DNA of 64,000 bases, taken from assembly GCA_964352215.1 (NCBI GenBank), contig CAYGRE010000005.1, positions 18,527 through 82,526 of the forward strand. The letters run 5' to 3'. The DNA comes from an uncultured Bacteroidia bacterium (GTDB lineage: Bacteria; Bacteroidota; Bacteroidia; J057; JADKCL01). Under the pieces are notes generated by a model. It searched no databases. It worked only from the letters and a program-made list of their open reading frames with translations, and was not told the DNA's origin. A program made the translations under genes and the position numbers. This document shows positions 50,436 to 60,078 of this stretch, one piece after another (the first letter of the stretch is position 1; the number at the start of each line of letters is the position of its first letter).

Positions 50436-51530
50436 ATGGAACGCTATATGAAACCGTTTGTCCTATTATTCGCTTCGTTTTGCCTCCTCTTCACGGCTTG
50501 TCAAAGAGACACATTTGATGCCATCGACGAGGAATTGTCCGAATCCCGGACGGACCAATCCGACCAGTCTGTTTCAGCGCCCTCTGGTGACGATGGAATA
50601 GAAACGTTGCTGTCCTATATGTACCCCCGCAGTCAAAAGACGATGGGATTGTCTGATATTACCCTGACCCCTCACTTCCAAAGCTGGCTCAGCTCCAACG
50701 GGTACGGCTCCTACAATTTCTCCAATTCCAGCATTGACGGAGACTCCTACGGAGGCAAAGCCAATGCTTCCACTCCGATCAATCGTCAACCTGTGATTTT
50801 CATCCACGGAAACAGTGACAAGGCGGTAGGATACCTCGGCACCACCCAAAGTGGATGGACCGGTTCGCTCAACCACTTCCATGGAGAAGGCTATACCGAA
50901 GCGGAACTGTATGCGGTTACCTGGGGGGATGCCAATCCCTTGCAATCAGCCAACCAGACCCATTCCAAACCGGTATTGACCCGCCTCCGGGCATTTGTCG
51001 AAGCTGTAATCGACTACACCGGCGCGAGCAAGGTGGATATTGTGACCCATTCTATGGGGGTGACGCTGATGCGGAAGGTGATTGAAGGTGGTAGTACTTA
51101 CGACCCCAACAATGGCGGGTATTATGACCTGGGTCCATCCCTCAGCAGCTCAGTCGACTGCTTTGTCGGGATCGCGGGGGCCAACCGAGGCCTCACCAAT
51201 TGCTATCCCTACCCCAGTTACCTCACCCTCACCTGCGATGATGAAACCGGCCTTTATCCCGGTTACCTCTGGTGGGGAAGTTTGTACGGGGTATCCGATA
51301 TTCTCAACGACATGAACTCTTCGGTTGGTTATGAGGGTGATTACCGCTACTCCATCTGGTCCCGCAATGACGCCATTGTCGGTTATGGCTGTATCGTTTA
51401 CGGAAATAATACCTGCTACCTGCCCGGACAAACCGGAACCAAGGAAATCCCCTCACTGGGTCATTTTACCATGAAAGATTATTCGGGTTCTACCCAATAC
51501 AGCATGGTGGTGAACCATGTTATCCCCTAG
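50436..51530 (+). CDS. Secreted lipase/esterase lipoprotein (class 2 lipase-like)
   Basis: The lipobox is CLLFTACQRD, and the likely true start is M5 at 50448. Motifs include PVIFIHGNSD and the nucleophile elbow DIVTHSMGV. Confidence 0.7.
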   Translation: MERYMKPFVLLFASFCLLFTACQRDTFDAIDEELSESRTDQSDQSVSAPSGDDGIETLLSYMYPRSQKTMGLSDITLTPHFQSWLSSNGYGSYNFSNSSIDGDSYGGKANASTPINRQPVIFIHGNSDKAVGYLGTTQSGWTGSLNHFHGEGYTEAELYAVTWGDANPLQSANQTHSKPVLTRLRAFVEAVIDYTGASKVDIVTHSMGVTLMRKVIEGGSTYDPNNGGYYDLGPSLSSSVDCFVGIAGANRGLTNCYPYPSYLTLTCDDETGLYPGYLWWGSLYGVSDILNDMNSSVGYEGDYRYSIWSRNDAIVGYGCIVYGNNTCYLPGQTGTKEIPSLGHFTMKDYSGSTQYSMVVNHVIP

Positions 51531-53121
51531 CCGCCAATGCCTTTCGGTCGACCTTCCCAGTATCTCCCTTGGGAAGGTCGGCCACTATTTCAAACCTTTT
51601 GGGGATTTTGAACTTGGCCAGGTTTTGGCGGCAATAGCTAAGGAGGTTTTCGGTATCTAAGCTGGCTGAGTCTGTCGCAACCAGGTAGGCTTTGCCAACT
51701 TCCCCCCATTTGGGATCGGGGATTCCGATGACGGCTGCTTCTGAAACCATGGGGTGGGCTACCAATACGCGCTCTATCTCTGCAGGATACACGTTCTCCC
51801 CGCCTGAAATATACATATTTTTGATCCGGTCCACGACATACAAATAGCCTCCTTCCCGCTCTACGACCCTGTCTCCTGTTCTGAACCACCCCTTCTGGAT
51901 GGCTTCAGCGGTGGCCTTTTCATTGTTCCAGTACCCTGGGGTGACGATCGGTCCATTGATCCACAGTTCCCCCGCCTCATCTACTTTGCAAGTCTCTCCA
52001 TTGGGGTGCACAATCCTGGTTTGTATGAAAAAATTGGGGCGGCCGATTGAGCCGGCTCTGGTGATGGCATCGTTGTGGTGAAGGGAGGTCAGGTTGGGGC
52101 CGCATTCGGTCATGCCGTAGCCCTGGCGAATAGGAACGCCTACCTCATTCCATCGTTGGATCAGGGGTATGGGCATGGCCTCTCCCCCGACGAGCATATA
52201 GAGCAGGTGATCGAAGCGGGTTTCTAGGAAACGGGGTGTCTCCGCCATCATTTTGAGCATGGTAGGCACCCCCATGAATATGGTAGCCCGCTCTTCCTGG
52301 AGGCTTTTAACCACGGATATTGCATCGAAGCGTTTCATCAGGCAGACAAATCCACCGTGGTGAAAGAATGGGGTGAGCAGGACGTTCCAGCCTCCGGTAT
52401 GAAAGGGTGGCATGCAGGTCACGGTCCGGCTGTCAGAATTTACGGTGATGCTGAAACCAGTGTTGATGCTGTTCCAAAACAACATCCCATGGGTGTATTG
52501 AACGCCTTTGGGAAATCCGGTGGAGCCAGAGGTGTAGAGGATAAAGGCGGGGTCGTCGAGGTCGCATCGGGTAGATGGATAAGCAGATGCATCGGGTTCG
52601 TCGAGGTCTCGACGAGAAGATAGATCAGCGTTGGGGGTGGTTTCGGGGTCTGCTTTTTGTGCCCGGTCATTCAATTCCGTCCGTTCTGCCAATTGGGCCC
52701 GGTCTTCCATTTCTGTCCGAAAGGATTCCAGAGAGAAGTATCGAGGGCTGGCTTTCTGGTCTACCTTTTCCGCGAATTGCTCTTCCACGATTAGGATCGA
52801 GGGAAAAGCATCTTCAATCAAGTAGGCAATTTCAGGGCCAGATAGGCGGTAGTTGAGGGGGACAAGGATGATTCCGGTTTTCTGAATGGCTACAAATAAC
52901 AAGATATACTCGAGGCAGTTCTCCGCCAATACGGCCACCCGATCCCCCTTCTTCAGTCCCTGGTTTTTTGTCAGCCAATTTGCCAGCTGATTCCCTCTTT
53001 GATTAAGGGTCCGATAAGTTAGCCGCCGCCCGGTTTCATATTCTTTGAAGGCAACTTTTTCAGGCTGGTAAATGGCCCATTTCTCTGCCCAGTCGGTTGG
53101 TATGTCAGGTTGCGTGGTCAT
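51520..53121 (-). CDS. AMP-dependent synthetase/ligase (acyl-CoA ligase-like)
   Basis: It carries the AMP-binding motif ILYTSGSTGFPKGV and the later motifs GYGMTE, TGD and GKVDRKAL. A low-complexity insert EDRAQLAERTELNDRAQKADPETTPNADLSSRRDLDEPDAS precedes the AMP motif. Confidence 0.8.
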   Translation of the reverse strand: MTTQPDIPTDWAEKWAIYQPEKVAFKEYETGRRLTYRTLNQRGNQLANWLTKNQGLKKGDRVAVLAENCLEYILLFVAIQKTGIILVPLNYRLSGPEIAYLIEDAFPSILIVEEQFAEKVDQKASPRYFSLESFRTEMEDRAQLAERTELNDRAQKADPETTPNADLSSRRDLDEPDASAYPSTRCDLDDPAFILYTSGSTGFPKGVQYTHGMLFWNSINTGFSITVNSDSRTVTCMPPFHTGGWNVLLTPFFHHGGFVCLMKRFDAISVVKSLQEERATIFMGVPTMLKMMAETPRFLETRFDHLLYMLVGGEAMPIPLIQRWNEVGVPIRQGYGMTECGPNLTSLHHNDAITRAGSIGRPNFFIQTRIVHPNGETCKVDEAGELWINGPIVTPGYWNNEKATAEAIQKGWFRTGDRVVEREGGYLYVVDRIKNMYISGGENVYPAEIERVLVAHPMVSEAAVIGIPDPKWGEVGKAYLVATDSASLDTENLLSYCRQNLAKFKIPKRFEIVADLPKGDTGKVDRKALAARG

Positions 53122-54071
53122 TGAACTTCTGAAGTCAAATAGGCTATGATCAGCTCATTGACCAGTGCCGATTGTTCGAAGTGAACGAAATGGCCTGCTT
53201 TGTTGACCAGTTCCAATTGGGCATTTGGGATCTGTGCGGCTCCGCTTTCTGCAATGGCGCGGGTTGTGCCTCCATGCAAAAAGCGGTTGGGAATGAGGTT
53301 GTCCTGTGCTCCAAATATCACCAATACCCTTGCCTTGAGGTCGGAGAGGTTGTCAAAGACGGGTTCATCGACCATGCCCTGAACACATTGGGGGATGATA
53401 TAACAGTAGCCGGGAAAGTCTTTGCATTGTCGCATGGCAACCCGGTCATAAACCATGAACTCAGCTTCTTTGGGCATCCGGTAGAAGTTGGATCCGATAT
53501 TTGCTTTGATCTGGTCCACTGGAGTAAGGGCCACCGCATTGGGGGTCAACACTTCCCGGAACCATTTCTTTTCGCCGGCATTGAAGGTTTCAAATCCAGC
53601 TGGTGCGACGAGGATCAATTCGGGAAAGTCCTGGGGGTAAGCCAGGGAGGCCACGGTAGCGATTTGCCCGCCCATGGAGTGCCCCATCAACACGACATTG
53701 TCCAGGTTAAGGGCTTCTTTGAAGGCTTTGATTGCATCTGCATAGAAGCGCATGGTCCCGGTGTACTTGCCTTTGCTGGACTTTCCATATCCGGGAAGGT
53801 CCACCGCGATGCAGCGGTAAGAAGTGCTCAAGGCCTCGATATTTTTCTTCCAGGCCGGCGCATAACTTCCCAGCCCATGAAGCATCAGCAAGGTTTTAGG
53901 TCCATTGCCCTGGTCCATATAAGCAATCTCTATTCCATCGGGGAGGCTTACTTTCTTTTGGGGGAATGGGTATTCCAATTCATCCATAGAGCTGATGTCG
54001 GGGACCTGCTGTTGAAACGAGCAGCCCAGGGAGAGCAATACGAATACGACGGGTAAAATGAGGTATTTCAT
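53118..54071 (-). CDS. Alpha/beta hydrolase lipoprotein
   Basis: The lipobox is VLLSLGCSFQ. Motifs are LLMLHGLGS and the elbow LMGHSMGGQ. It has a 4-bp overlap with the downstream ligase. Confidence 0.75.
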   Translation of the reverse strand: MKYLILPVVFVLLSLGCSFQQQVPDISSMDELEYPFPQKKVSLPDGIEIAYMDQGNGPKTLLMLHGLGSYAPAWKKNIEALSTSYRCIAVDLPGYGKSSKGKYTGTMRFYADAIKAFKEALNLDNVVLMGHSMGGQIATVASLAYPQDFPELILVAPAGFETFNAGEKKWFREVLTPNAVALTPVDQIKANIGSNFYRMPKEAEFMVYDRVAMRQCKDFPGYCYIIPQCVQGMVDEPVFDNLSDLKARVLVIFGAQDNLIPNRFLHGGTTRAIAESGAAQIPNAQLELVNKAGHFVHFEQSALVNELIIAYLTSEVQ

Positions 54072-54075
54072 AATT

Positions 54076-55647
54076 TCAGAACATTAACCAGCGAAATGCG
54101 AGAAAAGCAGTTTGGGGATTGACGGGGCGTTGTCCCAGGGCACCGTTGACAAGGTTGCTGTCGTAGAAGTCTCCCAGCCAGAGGTAGGCGCCATGCAATT
54201 CAATGGACATGAATACGCCGAGGTCATAGACCAGGCTGGCATTGGCTTCGAGTCCCATTTGTCGCCCACCACCGGTGGGGGCAGCATTGGCGAGGGCGGT
54301 GACCAGTCCGACTTTCCCGGTCAATTTGTGGGGGATAAATGAGCGGCTGGCATTGAGACTGAGGCCGGTGATACCGTAGCCGAGGTTGGAAATGTCGGTG
54401 ACGGCTGCGGTGTAGCGGTTGACGACATTGGCATGGGGGAACAGCAGGTAGCCACCGTGGCTGACATACAATCCCCCGGGGGTGGCCCATTGGTTTCCAG
54501 TCAATACACCAGTGTAGACGCCATCGTTGATGCCGTTTTCATCGCCGGTGGTATAGATCAGGTCGCCATAGAGGGCATCGCGACTTGTTTGTCCATAGCG
54601 GTAACCCAGGCGGAGGTTGGCACCCAGGCCCCGGATATCCGGACCTTTGCTCCACTGGTCATTTTCTTCGAGTCGGGTGAAGCCCAGGTTGTAATTCAGG
54701 TAGCCGGTGGCAAAGAAGCGGTCCAGCACTTGTGATTCATTGTAGCTGAAGTAGGAACCCAGCCAGAAGACGTCGGCCCGGTAGGGGTTGCCGTTGGCAA
54801 AGCGGAAACGGAAGGTTCCGTTGTAATCGGCCAGGGTGCTGTTCAAACCCTGGCTGAGTACGGACGGGCCTCCTTCTCCATTGGCGCGGTCACGCAGGTA
54901 CATGGCCGAACCGCCCCAATGCCAGCGCATGCCCAGCGAACGCCGGTAGTTGAACATGCTCAGGGTGACATCGTCATTTTCCTGGATATTGTTCTCGTAG
55001 AGCTTGAAGTAGCCGGCTTTCCATTTGTAATAATCTGCATCCCGCCGGACGGATATTCCCACCCCGTCTGTTCCCCAATAGTTGAGCCGGTAGCCTGTAT
55101 TGAGTAAGGTTTCAAACCAGGTTCTGTAAGCGTTGTGAGGGGTATCGTACATCCTTTGCAGGCCCAGGTTGACGGCCCAACCTTTCTTGGGAATCAATTC
55201 GAGCTCCACATTCTGGGTCTGGATATTTACCTGGTCCCCTGAAGGAGCAGAACCACCGTTGCCGCCCGAGCCATAGGCCACATCTCCCCAGGTCCAGTCG
55301 ATCTCAAAGGAGGTCCTGAGGGTGGCCCGTCCATTGAACAATTTGGGGCTGTAAATGAAAAATGGGAGGATTCTTTGCTCGAAATAGCCGGCCTGTAACG
55401 AATCGGAAGTCACCGTTGAATTGGCCCCGTAGAGTCTACCGATCACCTGCCCTCTCAGAAAGTCATTCTGCGGGTAGACGTTGGTGGTGACGGCGTGGTT
55501 GTAGAAAAATGCCAGAAACTGAAACTCCTTCTGCGGCTTTTCGGGCAACCGCTGGTCCAATTCCTGGTAAAAGGAAGGACTCTGAGCCTGCAGGCCGGCA
55601 ATCAGCAGGATTAAGCATGGAATCAGAAGGGTAATTTTTCGTTTCAT
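54076..55647 (-). CDS. Putative outer-membrane beta-barrel protein
   Basis: The signal peptide is MKRKITLLIPCLILLIAGLQAQ. The composition is aromatic- and Gly-rich with an alternating pattern, and the C-terminus ends FLAFRWLMF. Confidence 0.55.
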   Translation of the reverse strand: MKRKITLLIPCLILLIAGLQAQSPSFYQELDQRLPEKPQKEFQFLAFFYNHAVTTNVYPQNDFLRGQVIGRLYGANSTVTSDSLQAGYFEQRILPFFIYSPKLFNGRATLRTSFEIDWTWGDVAYGSGGNGGSAPSGDQVNIQTQNVELELIPKKGWAVNLGLQRMYDTPHNAYRTWFETLLNTGYRLNYWGTDGVGISVRRDADYYKWKAGYFKLYENNIQENDDVTLSMFNYRRSLGMRWHWGGSAMYLRDRANGEGGPSVLSQGLNSTLADYNGTFRFRFANGNPYRADVFWLGSYFSYNESQVLDRFFATGYLNYNLGFTRLEENDQWSKGPDIRGLGANLRLGYRYGQTSRDALYGDLIYTTGDENGINDGVYTGVLTGNQWATPGGLYVSHGGYLLFPHANVVNRYTAAVTDISNLGYGITGLSLNASRSFIPHKLTGKVGLVTALANAAPTGGGRQMGLEANASLVYDLGVFMSIELHGAYLWLGDFYDSNLVNGALGQRPVNPQTAFLAFRWLMF

Positions 55648-55719
55648 GGCTGGGTAAATAAAAAGTGAAGATAACCCTTGCCAAACGGCATTGGGTTACC
55701 TTCACGACTATCGATTGAA

Positions 55720-56364
55720 TTATTCTATTTCCTGGAAGACCTGGATGTTGGTCGTACCCAGTTGGCCTCCGTTGGAGCTTCCAAATCCGGCAGATGCGGT
55801 TGGGGGAATTGCTCCGATATCGGGGTCGGTCTGGACCACTTCATAAGTCAAGGTGGTGTTGTTGATCTCAAAGATACCTACTGCGGTGAGTGCTGATGGA
55901 GAGCTTTGGTTCAGGGTAATGTCCCAGATTCCGTCGATATTGCTCTCGGTTTGGGAAAAGGTTCCGGTGAAGGTGATCAGGACGCTGTTGGTATCGTACT
56001 GCTCAACGAGGTAGGTGTTGTCGAGGTTGAAGCGTGCATAGATGGAGTCGGCTCCAAAGAAAGCAGAAAGCAGGGGCGCAACATCAGAACCAGAAGATTG
56101 ATATTCTTTGGCTTGTACGCCTTCAGGACAAGCGGCGCAAGTTCCACCACAGTCGATGCCGGTTTCGTCACCGTTCTGAATGCCGTCATCGCAGGTCGGA
56201 CAGGCGTCACAGCCACCACCACAGTCGATGCCGGTTTCGTCACCGTTCTGGATGCCATCTGTACAGCTGGCGGGTTCGTCCTTGTCACAGGATGAAATGG
56301 CAACTGTAGTCGTTACCAGGGCAAATGCCATAAATAGATACCTAAGTGTTTTCATAATATTCAT
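55720..56364 (-). CDS. Lipoprotein with two tandem Cys-rich DGIQNGDETGIDCGG repeats
   Basis: I trimmed the track ORF 55720..56454 to the ATG at 56364 (MNIMKTLRYLFMAFALVTTTVAISSCDKD), because the longer form overlaps the upstream KASIII-like gene. The repeats are CTDGIQNGDETGIDCGGGCDAC and CDDGIQNGDETGIDCGGTCAAC. Confidence 0.65.
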   Translation of the reverse strand: MNIMKTLRYLFMAFALVTTTVAISSCDKDEPASCTDGIQNGDETGIDCGGGCDACPTCDDGIQNGDETGIDCGGTCAACPEGVQAKEYQSSGSDVAPLLSAFFGADSIYARFNLDNTYLVEQYDTNSVLITFTGTFSQTESNIDGIWDITLNQSSPSALTAVGIFEINNTTLTYEVVQTDPDIGAIPPTASAGFGSSNGGQLGTTNIQVFQEIE

Positions 56365-56386
56365 AATTAAAGTAGATCTAAAATGC

Positions 56387-57373
56387 TCAAAGTATAAATG
56401 CCGCACTGGCAAAGGCCAAGCCTCCTCCAGAGCTGAGAAATAACAATTGGTCACCGGGCTTGATCAGTTCCTTTTCCCAGGCTTCGTTGAAAGCCATCGG
56501 GATGCAGGCGGAGCCGGTATATCCGTAGTGGTGCATAACATTGTGGGCTTTGTCGTGGGGGACACCCAGGATATCAAGAGTTGCATTGATGGCATTGATG
56601 TTGATCTGGGTGATGAAGTACTTGTCCACCTGGGCGGGGGTGATACCCAGTCGTTTGCAAAGCTCCAGGGCCATTCCCGACCAGAAATCGGGGTTGACGG
56701 AGGATGGAAATCGTTTGGCAAAGACGAGGTTGTGGGCGTGTGCCTCCCGTGCGGCTTCGTCGACTGGCTGGACGGTCCCTCCGGCGTAGACTCCCATGTA
56801 ATCCCAGTATTGTCCTTGTGACAATAGCTGTGCGGTCTGGTAGCCTTCGGTGGTGTTTTCAGCTGAAAGGAGGATGGCACCGGCTCCATCTGCAAAGAGG
56901 GTGACGGTTTTCTTGTCCGCTGGATTGAGGTGTCGGCTCATTCCGTAAGCTCCCACCACCAGCACTTTGTTGTAGGTGCTGTCTGTCTGGATGTACTTGG
57001 CGGCCATGTCCATGGCGGTGACAAATCCTGCGCAGGCGGCATTGACATCGAAGGCGGCGGCATGGTTAGCCCCGAGGATATGCTGAAGCACGGAAGCGGT
57101 GGCCGGGCTTGGGTAGTCAGGGGTGTCGGTGGCTACGATGATCAGGTCCAGGTCGCTGGGGGTAATTCCAGCCCGTTCCAAACATACTTTTGAGGCTTCC
57201 AGTGCCAGGGTGGAGGTCGATTCTCCTTCCTCCATCCAGCGGCGCTCGAAGATTTGGGCCGACTCTTCCAGCCAGGTACTGACATCAACCCCTAGCTGTT
57301 GATCAAACCACGCATTGGTCAGCACCCTTTTGGGTACATAAGCTCCTGAAGATATGATCCTCGCTTTTCTCAT
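56387..57373 (-). CDS. KASIII (FabH)-like thiolase-fold protein with a non-canonical active-site pattern
   Basis: The Cys motif AFDVNAACAGF is present. Where FabH has HQAN this protein reads ITQININ, and where FabH has GNTS it reads GYTGSAC. This is an alignment by eye to E. coli FabH recalled from memory. Confidence 0.7.
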   Translation of the reverse strand: MRKARIISSGAYVPKRVLTNAWFDQQLGVDVSTWLEESAQIFERRWMEEGESTSTLALEASKVCLERAGITPSDLDLIIVATDTPDYPSPATASVLQHILGANHAAAFDVNAACAGFVTAMDMAAKYIQTDSTYNKVLVVGAYGMSRHLNPADKKTVTLFADGAGAILLSAENTTEGYQTAQLLSQGQYWDYMGVYAGGTVQPVDEAAREAHAHNLVFAKRFPSSVNPDFWSGMALELCKRLGITPAQVDKYFITQININAINATLDILGVPHDKAHNVMHHYGYTGSACIPMAFNEAWEKELIKPGDQLLFLSSGGGLAFASAAFIL

Positions 57374-58884
57374 CCGCTTACCAAATCTTTGTTTCTTTTA
57401 TTGTAAGTCCACCCGATGGCCAGGGCCGGCAGGATGCTGACCAGCAAACCAATCCCGGCGGTTACCCCTGGATTGGAAAAACTGAGACCGGAATCCGGAA
57501 ACAGTTGAGCCCCCCAGATATAAAGGACAAAATGAATTCCCATTCCCAGAAAGGACAGGACCCACATACTGCCGAGATGAACTTTGTCAAACAATACGCC
57601 GATCACCAGGGGTGGAACTGCGGCCAGGACAAGTCCATAGACACCTACTTGTCCGAAAATCCCAAGCAATTTTGGGGGTTGCAGGCTCACGAAGAATGCC
57701 GCCACTGCGATCACGACCAATACGATATTGCTGCTTCTCAGTGCCGTCTTCATTAATTTCTCTTCGTTCAGGGCTTTGCCCTTTGACCGCATGCGGATGA
57801 TGCCCATGATAAGGTCGTTGCTGGTGATGGTGGATATTCCTATCAGGAGGCCATCCAGGGTTGACATGGCAGCGGCCAGGAGTACAATACTGACAACGGT
57901 GAACATCCAGTCGGGAAATACATTGGCCAGATAGGCGGTCATTACGAGGTCCTGGCGGAAGGCTCCGGTTACCGGATCGAGCAGTTCTTCGGTTGGAACT
58001 GCGACATGCGCGAAGAATCCGGCCAGCAAGAGGAGGGTGAACAGAAGGTAGGTGATGGCAAATACGATGATGTAGTTGCGGACATCTTTGTCCCGCTTGA
58101 CATAGAGGGCCTTGGTCAGGATATGGGGTTGGCAAACGAGGGCGGCGCCAATGAGGAACCCGGCAATATAGACGGCAAATGGACTGTCAAACAGGCTGCT
58201 CTCAGGATTGACCAGTTTCAAAAGATTGGGGTCGGTGGCCTGGAGGGTGCCTATCAGATCCACATCACTGAAAAACATGATCTGGACCGCCGAACCGATG
58301 ATCAGAATGGAAACGCCGACCATGAGAAAGCCCTGGAACATATTGGTGTAGACATGGGCATAGGTCCCTCCAATGATTACATAAGAAGTCACGAATACAA
58401 GGGTGATGAGGAGGGCGGTGGTATGGTCTACGGCAAGCATCTTTTGCATGACGATGGAGATACCTCCTACCAGAAGGACCACGAAAGCAAAAGAGAGCAG
58501 GTTGATGATGGCAAAATAGAGGGCGAAACCAGGCGATCCATACCGCTTGCCGATCCAGTCGGGAATGGTGAGGGCTTTCATTTTAGCTCCCTTTCTTCGG
58601 AATGAAAAGGAAAGGATGACCAGCATAAACAGGATTCCAGCAAATACACTCACTCCGAGGTGCATCCAGGCCGAGAGACCATCTACATAGATGAAGCCAG
58701 GGTTGATGATGAAGGTTGCCGCCGAGGCGGTGCTGGTGGCCAGGGTGATCCCAACCACAAAGGGTTTCATATCTCCTTTGCCAATGGCAAAAACCTTAAA
58801 ATCTCCGGTATTGCGGTACCCCAACCATCCCAGGTAGGAGGTTATCAGTACATACACGGAAAATAAGGTCCAGGCCAATGCCAT
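57370..58884 (-). CDS. Sodium:solute symporter (SSS) family transporter
   Basis: This 504-aa ORF has about 13 hydrophobic segments. Its N-terminus LITSYLGWLGYRNTGDFKVFAIGKGDMKPFVVGITLATSTASAATFI is typical of SSS proteins. Confidence 0.7.
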   Translation of the reverse strand: MALAWTLFSVYVLITSYLGWLGYRNTGDFKVFAIGKGDMKPFVVGITLATSTASAATFIINPGFIYVDGLSAWMHLGVSVFAGILFMLVILSFSFRRKGAKMKALTIPDWIGKRYGSPGFALYFAIINLLSFAFVVLLVGGISIVMQKMLAVDHTTALLITLVFVTSYVIIGGTYAHVYTNMFQGFLMVGVSILIIGSAVQIMFFSDVDLIGTLQATDPNLLKLVNPESSLFDSPFAVYIAGFLIGAALVCQPHILTKALYVKRDKDVRNYIIVFAITYLLFTLLLLAGFFAHVAVPTEELLDPVTGAFRQDLVMTAYLANVFPDWMFTVVSIVLLAAAMSTLDGLLIGISTITSNDLIMGIIRMRSKGKALNEEKLMKTALRSSNIVLVVIAVAAFFVSLQPPKLLGIFGQVGVYGLVLAAVPPLVIGVLFDKVHLGSMWVLSFLGMGIHFVLYIWGAQLFPDSGLSFSNPGVTAGIGLLVSILPALAIGWTYNKRNKDLVSG

Positions 58885-58895
58885 ATTTGAATGAA

Positions 58896-59828
58896 TTATC
58901 TGATCGAATTTTGATGTCCTGCTGAAGGATAGTGGGCTTTACCCCTTTCTTTTGGCTTTGACTTTAATTCCAGGAAAGCCATTACTTCCTCATTGAACCG
59001 CTCTGCCCGCTCCCACTGAAGGAAATGCCCACAATTCTCCACCATTACCAACTGCATCCCAGGAATTTTCAATGATTCGCGGATGGCCAGGGCCTTGGTA
59101 TTTTCATCGGGGTGGAGGATGGGGTGCGGGATCAACTTGTCATTCTCCCCAAACAGGATCATCACCCTGGCTTTGATCTCAGGGAGTTGTGCATTGACGC
59201 CATCCCTGACCATGCCCATGACCGACTGGGGGATCATCTCGCAATACGCTTTGAAGTGAGGGGCTTTCCGCAGGGCCATATTGTCCTTGATCATGAACTC
59301 TGCATCTGCAGGAAACTGGTGGAAATTGATGGCTACATTCCGTCGGATTTGCTCTTCACTCAGATTGGCGATGTTCTCTGGGGTATAATTCTGGGACAAC
59401 CACTCTACCTCTTTTGCATTGAAGGTTTCCAATCCGGCAGGAGCTACCAGGATGGCCCTCGAGCTGATGGCTGGCTTGTCCACCAAGGTCCGGAGTACGG
59501 CTTGCCCGCCCAGAGAATGTCCAACCAGAATGGGATTTTTCAGATCAAGGGCTTCCACGAAACCGATGATCACTTCCGACAGGAATTTCATAGTATAGGG
59601 GTAGCTTTCCTTAGATGATCCCCCATAATTGGGCAGGTCAATGGCCAGGCAACGGTAGTTCTTGCTCAAGGTGGGCAGGTTTTTACTCCATGCTTTGTGG
59701 TTGCTGCCCATGCCATGCACAAAGAGCAATGTCTCCACTCCTGTCCCCACTTCCTGGTAGGCCATCTTTATCCCTGATGCCAGTGTAACCAATTTCAATG
59801 TTTCAGTCGTATTTGGATTCCCGATCAT
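58896..59828 (-). CDS. Alpha/beta hydrolase, cytoplasmic paralogue of 53118..54071
   Basis: Motifs are LLFVHGMGSNHKAW and the elbow LVGHSLGGQ. It aligns by eye to 53118..54071 along its whole length (YRCLAIDLPNYGGSSK versus YRCIAVDLPGYGKSSK). Confidence 0.75.
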   Translation of the reverse strand: MIGNPNTTETLKLVTLASGIKMAYQEVGTGVETLLFVHGMGSNHKAWSKNLPTLSKNYRCLAIDLPNYGGSSKESYPYTMKFLSEVIIGFVEALDLKNPILVGHSLGGQAVLRTLVDKPAISSRAILVAPAGLETFNAKEVEWLSQNYTPENIANLSEEQIRRNVAINFHQFPADAEFMIKDNMALRKAPHFKAYCEMIPQSVMGMVRDGVNAQLPEIKARVMILFGENDKLIPHPILHPDENTKALAIRESLKIPGMQLVMVENCGHFLQWERAERFNEEVMAFLELKSKPKERGKAHYPSAGHQNSIR

Positions 59829-60078
59829 GGGCTTCTTTCGTAATCAAAGCTGTTTTTAACTCAGGCAAAAGATAGGCACATTCATCCTAAGCGCATACAC
59901 TTCGACCTTGGTCAGCCCACTCTATTTTACCTCACTAATAAACCCCAAGCCCATTATTAGTCAATTTAGCCACCTACCCACCACCCCGGTCAACCCCCTT
60001 CTTCTCTCAATCGTCTTTACGCCTTCTCTCTTCCCCTCTTAATTTTCGTGACAGATTTTTTTATCCAATGATAATTCC

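Noticed and set aside
55720-56454. The long form of the Cys-repeat lipoprotein ORF (244 aa) starting at 56454.
   Set aside because: It would overlap the 3' end of the KASIII-like gene by 68 bp. The internal Met at 56364 gives a textbook lipoprotein signal instead.
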